Assembly (NCBI GenBank): GCA_950097015.1
Contig: CATNEN010000038.1
Location: 6,138,001 to 6,202,000 of the forward strand
Length of the DNA: 64,000 bases
Source of the DNA: Macrostomum hystrix
Taxonomy: Eukaryota > Animalia > Platyhelminthes
Direction of reading: 5' to 3'
Shown here: positions 12,201 through 21,791 of the stretch, piece after piece
Layout: each line of letters begins with the position of its first letter
How positions within the stretch are numbered: the first letter of the stretch is position 1
Notes under the pieces: model-generated
Told to the model about the DNA's origin: nothing
Database searches by the model: none
The model's input: the letters and a program-made list of their open reading frames with translations, nothing else
Made by a program: the position numbers and the translations under genes

Positions 12201-12551
12201 GTATAATTGGATTGGACTTATTCGCATTGCTTCAGATCACCTAACTGTGAAGTGGGTGTCGGCATCAGCTGGGCTAGGTGGGTGGGGCAGCCCCCAGTCC
12301 AACGACAGAATTATTGTACACAAAGTTTTCATAAAACCAACTTTCTTTTAGCCTTTATCCTAAAATTTTAGCAAAAAGCCCTCCAGAGTCCGAAAAATTA
12401 ACCTGATGCCTCGATCGATGATGCCGTCACGATCGGGACTCCGAAATCCTCGCCGATCCAGTGAGCTGAGCCTCCCGGCGGAGCCGTAGAATGCTGCGCC
12501 AGGGCTTCGATAGGGCGAAGCAGAGGCCGGCCTGAAACGGTGGCTCTGCAT
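1..12551 (-). CDS. Multi-exon coiled-coil protein of unknown family (3' end beyond window start)
   Basis: Phase-consistent GT-AG exons: 12551-12404 (ATG, MQSHRFRP..), 10061-9842, 9282-9125 (poly-Pro), 9027-8883, 3216-3091, 2997-2872, 2722-2271, 1898-1783, 1702-1357, 1281-<1. Translation is rich in L/E/Q/R heptads (ELQLAKRQTEEFRRQMDSLTKALKDRD..). Confidence 0.75.
3315..3645 (-). repeat. 3' LTR of BEL/Pao element
   Basis: Direct repeat of 8325-8655; preceded on minus strand by purine tract GGGGAG (3646-3651). Confidence 0.95.
3967..7779 (-). CDS. BEL/Pao Gag-Pol polyprotein with in-frame deletion (Gag, Cys/His knuckles, aspartic protease, partial RT, partial integrase)
   Basis: DUF1759-like Gag (LPKRQIPTFHG..WQTFWDQF), Cys/His knuckles (CFKCLRTGHLSKAC), protease LLDTGS, RT motifs ADIEKAF and YVDN, integrase IISDNA..PWWGGFWERLV, DUF5641-like tail (FWKVW..W.LG.V). 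Confidence 0.92.
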   Translation of the reverse strand: MSCFIMSLSKEEISELVRRRAVVRSSITKAIGKAEALLDKSGKSTAKTLAEADSLLEILKAKMNQLEKMDEELEFGIPDETLDEEQDSIQEYSLKCRQTIKLLEGFSSKYQLDTRTSPALGQKSTEPNIRLPKRQIPTFHGTVATWQTFWDQFSSSIDSNNSLSDIDKFNYLLDCLSDSARSCIRGFSVTSSNYRAAVSTLKDRYGKPEIIIRDLMTQLSDLQLVDTTLIGLQRFHDDVAAITQNLSNQGVSSSSYEALLLPSLLRRCPAELRLELHRSANLAGNEIDSIEALLECLQNEINLREAAGMTASQKLRPRDFEKGANASTIPKLASASTLVSDKTTALPSRQIQTDFRPAASVKVFCTYCGSAHISEKCPTMASVTSRTNFLKKTDRCFKCLRTGHLSKACSDRRCCRICSGNHHSSICTATTDQSNTKVGPITKSKNPPQVLSRKDRCLTVSSQPSSQDDHHKDHPNITNIADETTHSTTCLTRTDSNLTNQQQQAVLPMFIMRNPTVVLPVAKAILLSSGGERELMVRMLLDTGSNRTYIREDVCQLLGLQSTNSERLQISAFSGHTSVVDSGKVTLTLRKIDSPQVIRLDASIVKDICQPQRSVMVTSYEHLGGLDLADPYDPRDATTPISILVGSDQYYQIVTGNVVRGASGPVAMETKLGFVLCGPLTVDCLTKEYDQSDNAACTAVQTLCCSVRVETEDDLTSFWKLETLGITDPHTKPEESSFDCAPRLFESRYSVKLPWKQLEVTRSLDNHFDLAFRRLRSTMQRLNKFPELLKKYRDIIEEQEQAGIIERVPSDDLCKPLTSVHYLPHSYVVKSNSEFTKLRVVYDGSTKLHKDDLSINDLLQVGPTEFPQIPALLIRFRWHPIAILADIEKAFLQVGIELEDRDFLRFLWVQSRDSEPNHNQLIHYRFYRVPFGLTCSPALLKVTILQHLKNHQAAFVKSAEILSRDMYVDNLVTSCDTVKAATTLYHDAQEGLKAYILLFTCSSTRAIHLETLSDMTTPQFINGLRRFVARRGLPSIISDNARTFTSAAKLLDIRVNDEIQNFCNSRGISWSFIPAKAPWWGGFWERLVKSVKLALRKTLNRLLLTLDQLSTVIIEVEAIINSRPLLYVPSDDIDEIITPSHFLTLRRLTKEPDSPNEVVLPLPKRLSLHRAALTHFWKVWRDVYATALRERSAIVCKGSREPVIGEVVLVEGERHQSRLKWKLGVVESLSRGRDGVCRSALVRLARIADSRGAERIRRPVQALVPLEFSE
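8075..8282. repeat. ~28-bp tandem repeat in BEL 5' leader
   Basis: Unit GAGACCGCGACGAGACAACCGAGATGAC, about 6 variable copies. Confidence 0.8.
8307..8324 (-). other. Primer-binding site, tRNA-Lys(CUU)-type
   Basis: Minus strand TGGCGCCCAATGTGGGGC directly after the 5' LTR; one mismatch to the canonical Lys1,2 PBS TGGCGCCCAACGTGGGGC. Confidence 0.8.
8325..8655 (-). repeat. 5' LTR of BEL/Pao element
   Basis: Direct repeat of 3315-3645; adjacent to PBS. Confidence 0.95.
8661..8780. repeat. (TTG)n microsatellite, continued at 3245-3314 on the other side of the BEL insertion
   Basis: Direct reading. Confidence 0.9.
9448..9807. repeat. 11-bp intronic minisatellite (GCTAAGGCTAC)n
   Basis: About 25 perfect units with degenerate edges. 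Confidence 0.95.
10500..11565. repeat. GA-rich 9-bp intronic satellite (GAGAGAGAA)n
   Basis: Direct reading; explains the low-complexity ORFs here. Confidence 0.95.
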
Positions 12552-13463
12552 GACTCTTCGGCAGGAGGAAGAGCCACCGTCGGCGTCGGCGTACGTTTAC
12601 TGCTTGCCTGTGCTTGCGAATGGGACTATTTTGTTGTTATTAATGCTTTTTGATTAGGCAGAAGTGAGGCTCCTGCAATTAAAATTATAGGAAAAGCAAT
12701 GATAAAACACTTTGAGCGATTCGTCGAGGGCCTTTAACTTTAATAAAAAACATATGCCCTCCTTTCTACAAACTTTTTCCACGCTCTAATATCAAATATA
12801 CTTACTATACGAAAGAAAATTTTATTTGTGTTTTTTAAGAAATTGTTTAAATGCCTCTTTGTTTATTATGAACAGTGAATATTTTATTAGACTAAGTCCG
12901 AAAATCAAACAAGCACAAACACTAAAGTTTCAGCATTAGAAAGTAAAAACATGATTAAAAAGCACGAGCAATTCCTAATAATACGTAAAAACTGTGCCGT
13001 CGGGGTTCTTCGGCTCCCGTAATAAAAAAGTTTTATATGCTTGACGTTTGATAGAGCTCCAAGAAAACACAATTTTTTGTCTGTAGCAGTAATTAAAAGA
13101 TCCTGCCTAATATGTGTTAAATTTTTTAGTCAAACAAAATGCAAGCTGCATTTTTTAAATATAATACATAACGTTTTTTTAAAAAAATTTTTTAACGCGA
13201 ATTTCTCAATAAAACATGCAGGAAAAATACAGTGGACTAAATAAATTGTTATTTTTGTTTAACCCAATAAAAGTTTATTGATAATTTAAAACGGCAGCGT
13301 CTGCGTTTTATGATCCAATCAGTTTTTTTTAACTACAGCCTGGGCTTAGCTTTTTAACTGGAGTTATATATAAACTTTTTGTTTTTTTGCGTATAAGTTA
13401 AGTCTTATACCATTTCAATTCTCTCTAATGCTATTGAAAAAGTTGTATTCCTCTAATTCAAAG

Positions 13464-14166
13464 GGAAGTGCTTATTCCCATGGTCCCGACTCCCGTGCCG
13501 ATAATTTCAATTTTATCCACACGGATCCGTGCCGATTTTCTGCTTATCCACACGGCAGCTTGTATGAATAGGTCTACTTTCAAGTCCCTACCTATTCTTC
13601 TCTGAGCATAAGGCTTTTGCTTCAGAGTATAGTGTATAGTGTACACTATCAATGCATAGTGTAAAAGAATAGGCCTAACAATGATGTATAATAAGCCTAT
13701 GTGTGACGAGTTTGGTGCTGACTAGAATTCTGCTGGTTGACTCGTATGATTTTATTTAATAGACTTCTTACTTTGTTGTAAGTCAATACAATTCGAATTA
13801 AAACACATAACGATGACAAAAGATTTGGTAAGTTGTTATTGCAATAATTAAAAAAGATGACATTAATGTCGGTTAATGAATGTGTAGGTCGAAATGTAGT
13901 CTAACACTGTCGTAACACACTGGCAACTTTGTCAATCTATTGGCTCGAGGGTTCAACAAAATGTTCAAACCCAAAAGGGCCGCATTCAAAAGAACAGAAC
14001 TGTGTGGATAAAATTAAAATTAATGGCATGGCACATTTATAGGCCTATAAAGAGTTTTAGACCTATTCATACAAGCTGCCATGTGGATAAGCAGAAAATT
14101 ATCAGCAGGGATCTATGTGGATAAAATTGAAATTATCGGCACGGGACTGTGGGAATAAGCTCTGCC
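13464..14166. mobile_element. Non-autonomous Mutator/MULE-like DNA transposon (MITE)
   Basis: ~110-bp imperfect TIRs (GGAAGTGCTTATTCCCA.. / ..TGGGAATAAGCTCTGCC) and 9-bp TSD AATTCAAAG (13455-13463, 14167-14175). Confidence 0.85.
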
Positions 14167-15689
14167 AATTCAAAGACATAACAAAGTGCAATCACCATTG
14201 AGAGAGACTAAGCTAGGCCCTAGTACTACAGTGTAGGCCTAGTTGTGTAGAGTTGTTAACATTGTTAGCTACTTATAGTTACCGAATAAGCTTAACCATT
14301 CTGAACTTTAATATTACTTAAATTCTCAAATTTGTAACACTAAGCCATAAAAATGTCTAAGTTGTTCTAAATTGATTCTAATTTCACTTTTTATGACTAG
14401 GTCTATCTTAGCTTAAAATGCTAGGCCTATTATTTGCTTTGGGTTGTTCCACCATGCATTTCACCATTAGTTTAGGCCTAAAGTAAAATTAAGCCTTAAA
14501 AAAACTCTGCCATGTACTTTTATAAAAACTGACCATAGCTATGCCAATATGCTGACAATGTCCTTGTATCTATAAGGAGTATTACCAACAGGAAGAAAAA
14601 ATATTTATTGTATTATGATTGTGAAATGCTGACATTCTTTTACTACTGTATATACTATATTTGTTGTAGAAATTTTACCAATACATTATTTACATGCTAC
14701 AGCTTTTCTCTAATAATAAATAAAATGATATTATATAGTTCTTGTCCTTCATATTGACTATAGTTTTCTTCTGAAAAAAAATATTTAAAAATGTCAGTTA
14801 ATAATGCCCTTGGCTTGCCAAATATTTAAAGTTGATATTTTTCTAGCATATAATGTGTATAGGCCTACACCTAAATCAGCAATGTTAACAACTGTAGCTA
14901 TGTCCTGATTTTGGCTGTGCCAATTTAATATATTCACAAAAATACTTTATTATGTTATATTATTTTTTAAACCTAAGTCAAATTCATCTTGAAAGTTTTG
15001 GTGTACTATGCAAAATGTACACTGGATATGGTTGATATGACAATTGTATGCCCTAGACATCTTAAATCTATATATATAAAAGTGAAAACTCTGTCTGTCT
15101 GTGTGTGTGCAACCTTTTGTCTTTATAGACGCCAAAACCGCTCAACCAAATCGCACCAAACTTTGCACATACCTAAAACCACCTACGCTGAGTGCAATAG
15201 GCTACTCAAATTCCCGAAAAATCATTTCCTTCCTGCTCAAAAGTGCAAAAAACTGCTCAAAAATCGTCAAAAAATCACTTAATTCGACATATCGTCGCCC
15301 CACTTTGTCAGATTTTCTCCAAATTTGATCCACTTACACTTTACATGTTTTCCAACAATGCTGTCAATTTTGAACATCTCTACTCAATCCAGAACAAAGC
15401 TGCATCATCTCAAAGTGAGTCACTTTTTGTTTTCCGAGGACAGCCACCCCAACTCCCCTCCGCCACTCTGCGGGCCAAATTTTATTACAGCCACCCCCTC
15501 CTTTCCCCGGGCGCCGAAGCCCCAGACTGTACATTGTATTTCAAGCCGTGAATGTACACAGCCCAAACCCCTAGACTGTCTACTGGCCCCCAAGCAGCAC
15601 TGAGACTGAGTGCGGTGAGTGCGGTGGCGTCCCAGTGCGCAGGGCTCTCCGGTCGATATTTCTCTCCAGCCAGCCTGGGATAGAAGAAA

Positions 15690-16213
15690 GAGAGAGGCTG
15701 GCGTTGACTGGCTGTCAGAGAGGGCAATTCTGTGTCCTAGAAATGATGCCGCCAACGAAATTAACTACCAACTGCTTCAGGAGTTGCCAGGTGCAGTTTT
15801 CACCTGAAAGTTGCGGCACCAATTATGCTCCTCCGCAACCTGAATGCGCCAAGGCTGTATAACGGCACCAGACTGATAGTCAGGCGGCTCTTCCCACACG
15901 TGATTGAGGCCACGATAATGACTGGATCTGGCAGAGGAGAGTCTGTGTTCGTTCCCGGATTCCAATTATCCCCACGGACCTGCCATTTCAGTTCAAGCGA
16001 CTGCAGTTCCCTGTGAGAGTGTGCTTTGCGATGACTATTAACAAGGCTCAGGGACAGTCGCTGAAGGTGGCTGGCATCAACCTGGAGACTCCTTGCTTCT
16101 CGCATGGGCAGCTTTATGTCGCCTGCTCCCATGTTGGAACTCCAGCTGGCCTATTCATTTTCGCACCAAGGGGAAGAACGAAGAATGTGGTGTATCCCCA
16201 GGCCTTTAGGTGA
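15690..16213 (+). pseudogene. Frameshifted C-terminal fragment of Helitron PIF1-type helicase
   Basis: RAILCPRN, MLLRNLNAPRLYNGTRL, FPVRVCFAMTINKAQGQSL, FSHGQLYVACS spread over several frames. Confidence 0.9.
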
Positions 16214-16365
16214 CTCGCAAGCAATTAATAGAAAAGTAGTCACGAATTGACCTTGACCTGTCTAACTCTGAACTCTGAAACAGTTTAGTTTTGTATCTTT
16301 GACATTGTTATTGTTATGCCATAGCTATTTTCCTTATGTATACGCGTGTAGATGCATACTGTATA

Positions 16366-16638
16366 CAGAGGCAGATTTAGGGGGGGCGGGGGGCAGTCGC
16401 CCCCCCCCAAATTTTAATCATGGGAATAAGATGCCCCCACCAGGGGCGCCAGTCGCAGCACTGGCGCCCCTTTTCGGCCGCTGGCACCCCTTTTTCAGCC
16501 GCTGGCTCCCGTTTTTCAGCCGCTGGCGCCCTTTCTTGGCTCCTGGCGCCCTTTTTCGGCCGCTGGCACCCCCTCTGTGATTCTCATGGCGCTCCCCTGA
16601 CAGACCGCCCCAAAACAAAATTCCTGGATCTGCCACTG
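16366..16638. mobile_element. hAT-like MITE nested in the Helitron
   Basis: TIRs CAGAGGCAGATTTAGG / CCTGGATCTGCCACTG; perfect 8-bp TSD ACTGTATA (16358-16365, 16639-16646); internal GC-rich short repeats. Confidence 0.85.
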
Positions 16639-18035
16639 ACTGTATAGAGGAGTGGCTAAGAGACATGTTTCTAAAGAAGTAATCAAGAGGGGGCTGTTTG
16701 GACAAACTTTTCACTTATTTTTTACTTAAAACGCCCTTAAACAAACTCTTCACTTTTCATTAATGCAGTAAATAAATAAATGGTGACCTTCACTATAAAG
16801 TTAATACAGAGACGTGAATTGCTTACTGCTTTGCTTTAAATTTCTGCCCCAAAAACAACGGGCAAAAAAAGCTAGTCTATATATATTTTATAATTACTAT
16901 TTGTAGTGTTCAGCTCATTACCTAAAAGTAATGGCAAATCATTGACATTGTTACTGATTATTGGTTAATAAAAAAAGACTAAAAAATAAGTAACAATAAT
17001 TACTTTAAATTGTTTCTTTCAATTTTTTTATACTTTTACTATGTATCTTTTTTTACATTAACATATTATAAATACATGTAGCTTTGTTTATCTGTCATTA
17101 CTCATATCATGTGTTGTATTCTCCAACATTGTCTACTATTAGACTCAGTGATTATTATCACTCTCAGTGATCTTTACAATTTTTTGGTTGGTTTTAATTG
17201 CTTTAAGATAATATCCAGATTTTAGATTAGATTGATAATACTGATAATTAATGACAAAAAAATTTTGTCTGAGTAAAGTAATAGACTAAAGTCAGTCTAT
17301 GGATTTACCAAAAATATTTTGCAAAATTTGGAGTTCACAAGAAATAAATTCTGATCAAAATAAATGCAAAACAAATAAATCAAAAGATATAGTTGCTAAT
17401 TATTTAAATTTTACATTTTTACTATAAGTGTAGTAACTCAAAAACAAAAAATTGACAATTTAATGTGTTTTTAATGCAACAAAAGGAGTACTTTACAGTG
17501 CTGCTGATTAGTTCTGATTTTTTCAGAAACTGGTAACAGGAAATGCACTAGTTGTTAACAACATGTTTCAATCATCATGTTGCAATGATGTAATGTTGCA
17601 AAAAAAGTAATGATCATTACCAAATTGGTAAATTAAAATAGTAACGAGTAATGCATGCTACACTGTATATTAAACATAAGAATCATGCTTTGTGTGTTAT
17701 GTCATGTCAAATAATTCTAAGATTGTCCTTCTTATAGGATACTACATTCACTAGTGCTTGAGTTTACCTAGCAGTAAAACTGCTATCTTTAGCAGATATA
17801 AAAATCTAAGTGGGCTTGTAATGTAAATCAGTATATTATTTTTATAAGTTATTAACTTCATTGATCTTTAAACTAGTTGGTAATGACATTATTTTTTATG
17901 TCTTTTCAGAACCTCAGACCAAGCCAGTTGGTCTTGGCTGCTCATTTATGGACAAATGTTGAAAAATACTCATGCTAGTTCAAATACTTAACTTAACTTC
18001 TAAGTGCTAATAATTAAAGGCCAACAAAACAAGTC

Positions 18036-20104
18036 ATGTCTCGATTTGTAAAAGAATTTAATAGACTGATCAAGTCTATAGACAAGAAGTTCTGTGGCCA
18101 GGCCAGCATACGGGATTACGATGCAGATAATATGAATTGTTTCATTGTTGAATTGGCGCCTAACAATGGGCCCTACAAGCATGGCAAGTTTCTCTTTCAG
18201 GTAAGGGGAACCTTCTTGAACACAGCAATCTATTTTAGCGTATATCAGTTTTTGTTATGAGTTTACTAACAGTAGTCTGTTATGCATCCAGATCCACGCA
18301 TCGGATCACTATCCGGATTCTGCCCCCGATGTTGTCTGCCTAACCGACATCTATCACCCAAATATTGATGCTGACCTCACCCTGGAGCACAACATCTGCC
18401 TGAACCTGTTCGACGAATGGAACCGCACATTCGGCATCGAGGACTGTCTCCAGGGCCTGCTGTTCCTACTGTACCATCCCAACATCTCGGACCCCGTGTC
18501 CAGCTACTTTGAGTCCGGCTTGGATCACGCCACCTTCATTAGGAATGTCGGCCGTTCACTTCGCGGCGAAGAAGTTGACGGTTTCACCTTCCAGAAAAAT
18601 CATGGATGGGCCGAGTTTGAGGCAGCTCAAGCCGCTGCTCAGTCGCTTGATCTTACCTTGACTTGCGCTGCTGCTACATCGAATGAAAACAATGTTGTTG
18701 TGGCTGCAGCCTTAAGCCTTGCAGAGGCCGCAACTGCGGCGCCTTTAAATATGGAGGCTGCTGCAATTGCGGTCGGCCAGGATGTGATCGCGCCGAAAAC
18801 CGTCGAGGAAATCATAACTAAGGAGTCGGACAACTGCCTGATGACAGCCGAATTGCAGACTGAGTATGACGCAGCGGAGATGTCCCCGGATCAGGAAGTT
18901 TCAGAGTTGGATACCAATTTTACAGTAGTATCAGTAGAATGTCAATCAACTGTGGCAGGATCAAATGAAAATTTCGCTGCAGTTGCGTCAAAAGAATCGA
19001 ATGCTTCTGAAGCGTCTGTGATAAATTGCGAGGCAATAACATTACTAAAAGAGACTAATGCGGCTTCATTAGCAGACTGTAGTGATAATGACGCATTAAA
19101 TTTAGGTGTAGCTTTCGATGTCCCGCTAGAGGACGGAATCTCCGGTGAGAACGGTGCTTCAGAGAACAAGCGAAATTCTTTCGACGAAAAAACAATTTGG
19201 ACAAACGCAGCTGACTGCCAGCCAGTCGTTCAGCTTGAGGACTCGGCAGCTTCTTCGACGCCAGCGCTGCCAGCTTTTGTTGACAGCGGAAGGCCGGACT
19301 CGCCAGACTCGCTCAGCCTGGCTTCTGACTGTCGCAGCCTGCAGGATCTGCTGATGCAGATGCAATTCGGCGAAGTTTTGGACGGCGACGAAGTTGATAA
19401 TTCGGCTGCCCTGCCGCGTGATTTCGTCTGTCGGAGGTTCCGGGCGGCGCCGGACACCAGCGAAGACGACGCCAGCGATGAGGACTCTAGTGATTTTGAA
19501 TTTGATGACGACGATGATGATGAAGAAGACGACGAAGATGATGAAGTTGGGGATGTCGGTGCTGGAGAGCTAGTGGCCAGCGTCAGTCACCTGGAAGGTC
19601 TGAACGCCGTGTTTGCCATCCGCGGCGACCGCGCTCGTCGTTATCTGCGTCGACCCGACGCCGCTGCTGTGGCAGCGTCGGCTGCCGCGGCTGCTGCGGC
19701 CGCCTCTCGCCGGTCGTTGACTGTTGTTGCGCGCAGTTCGGCACCCGTTGTTGTTCGCCTTCGCGGCGGAGGCATGCGGTCTGTCCAGCTGCTGCAGGTG
19801 AGCAGAATCAATCACTTCATTCGTGTGTGAACATTCAAGCCTGTCAAACTCAAAATCCGCATTTGTTCAGGTGGATGCCAGTTCTCGTTACCCGGGCCTG
19901 CTCAGCATCAGTCTCAACGGACAGCTCTTGCAGCCCAGCCTAGCCCGTCTGCTCATGCGCCAGGCCTCTCGCGCCTACGCCGAATCTGGCAACATCTGGC
20001 TGGGCGACGGTGCCTCCCCGATGACCGCCGGCGGCGGTGTTGACGTTGCCAGCCTGCTGCTGTGCCTGCTGGCTAGGCATTTCCTACTGCCTTGCCTGCT
20101 TTGA
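18036..20104 (+). CDS. Ubiquitin-conjugating (E2) enzyme, Ubc12/UBE2M-like, with long acidic C-terminal extension (~634 aa)
   Basis: Exons 18036-18200, 18292-19797, 19871-20104 (all phase 0, GT-AG). UBC motifs GPYKHGKFLF, YPDSAPDVVCLTDIYHPNID, ICLNL (catalytic Cys), GLLFLLYHPN..DP, FIRNVGRSLRG. Confidence 0.85.
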
Positions 20105-20194
20105 TTTTGCAACTCGTAGTTTGGTTAAATTATCTGTGACCCCATTTTCAGTGTAAAACGCTAGCTCTGCCTTACTAATGCGCAATTCTGGACC

Positions 20195-20340
20195 ACCTGT
20201 ACACTTAGCTCTGTCTTATCAATCGATAATTCCCAACATCTCTCCACTGTACACCTAGCTCTGTCTTATCAATCGATAATTCCCAACACCTCTCCACTGT
20301 ACACCTAGCTCTGTCTTATCAATCGATAAGTCCCAGACCC
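20195..20340. repeat. ~49-bp tandem repeat (about 3 units)
   Basis: CTCTGTCTTATCAATCGATAATTCCCAACACCTCTCCACTGTACACCTAG. Confidence 0.8.
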
Positions 20341-21037
20341 AATCCACCACTGGTACGCTGGCTGTCCCTAAACTACGAGTATTTAAAAGATGCACAATAA
20401 AGTTTTCGAGAGATATTTTTAACTGTTTTGGCTACTAGAAGTGGCCGCAAAGATCAGTAGTTTGTGCTATTTAATTCACTCTTTAGCCTATTGTGTCCAC
20501 CTTTCGCTGTAATATCGGCAGATTTACTTATTATCTACTATTGATAAGAGTACATCTCTTAAAAATCTTTCGTGTAAATTTCATATACCTTCTACTTTGA
20601 CAAACTTCGTGCTTTGCTTATTCAATACTTTTTGTCTTATTTAGTATTTTTCGTGAATTTTAGGCTGGGCCGTGGGCAAATAGTCTATTTCAGTCTGTCT
20701 GTTAACTCAAAACCAATGAATTGCTTTTGTAATCTGCTTGTTTTACAATGCCATCTATTGCGCTTTAATTTGTTGATTTAGTAACTTTTTATTGCTCTTT
20801 GCCTTGTTTTATTCAGGTACAACTCACTTGTTGGGATGTTTCGAGTCTATTTGAAGGCTCATTTTTAAGCATGTCAAATTCTGATTTAAAAGCAGATTTT
20901 TTTGTGGGTTGGGATCATGTTAGACTGGTTCGAAGCCTATTTTTAGAGATAACTTTTTTGTATTTTATAGCCACCTGGATAATAATTCTGATAAGGCTGA
21001 TATTTAGCTCTTAAAATGACTTTAACTGATTTTTCAG

Positions 21038-21335
21038 ATCGATCGGTAATTCCTAACCCCTCTCCCCAGTGTACACTCTGTCTTATCGATCGCTAATTTC
21101 TAACCCCTCTCCCCAGTGTACACTTTGTCTTATCGATCGCTAATTCCTAACCCCTCTCCCCAGTGTACACTCTGTATTATCGATCGGTAATTCCTAACAC
21201 CTCTCCCCAGTGTATACTCTGTATTATCGATCGGTAATTCCTAACCCCTCTCCCCAGTGTACACTCTGTCTTATCGATCGGTAATTCATAACCCCTCTCC
21301 CCAGTGTACACTGTCTTATCGATCGGTAATTCCTA
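21038..21335. repeat. ~47-bp tandem repeat (about 6 units), related to 20195-20340
   Basis: CTCTGTCTTATCGATCGGTAATTCCTAACCCCTCTCCCCAGTGTACA. Confidence 0.85.
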
Positions 21336-21791
21336 CTGTCTAAAACTGATTTGAAGGCAGATTTTTAACACTGAAGTATACTTCGCACTATGTTAGTTGC
21401 GCTTTAAATTCTGCACAAACTTTCTTCTAGAGTGTTTTACTTCAAACTAAGAAATACTGGTTTTTGCTTGTACAAATTTTATTCAGTTTTATAAATATTA
21501 ATTTAAGTTTTACATGTGTTCGATTTATAAACTAGAATTTAGATTAGATAACGTTTGCCTAAAACTAGATTTCATATATGCATAAATCTGTCAATATACA
21601 AATACATGCGATTTTATGGTTGACTATTCTTTCTTATCTTAGCTCTATTCTTTCGTATCATTCGTGTCCCAAGCTGTTTCGCCTTTAGTTTCTCACCAGT
21701 ACACAATGCTCCTACTACAAGTAGCGAGAAGCGAAGTGTAAACTAAGCATTGTCTAACTGCTGCATTACAGCTTGTTCCACTAGCCCAGCG

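Larger units (their letters stand above)
15067..16875 (+). mobile_element. Non-autonomous Helitron with PIF1-helicase remnant
   Basis: 5' TC start (TCTATATATATAAAAG), CTAG 3' end with weak TGCCC..GGGCA hairpin, inserted between A and T, no TSD; helicase motifs inside. Confidence 0.85.

Noticed and set aside
13510-14125. Clustered TTATCCACA matching bacterial DnaA boxes (oriC-like)
   Set aside because: Context is eukaryotic; the motifs lie in the arms of a TSD-flanked MITE.
20080-20104. Possible CaaX prenylation signal on the E2 (..PCLL*)
   Set aside because: Cys is third from the end, not fourth.
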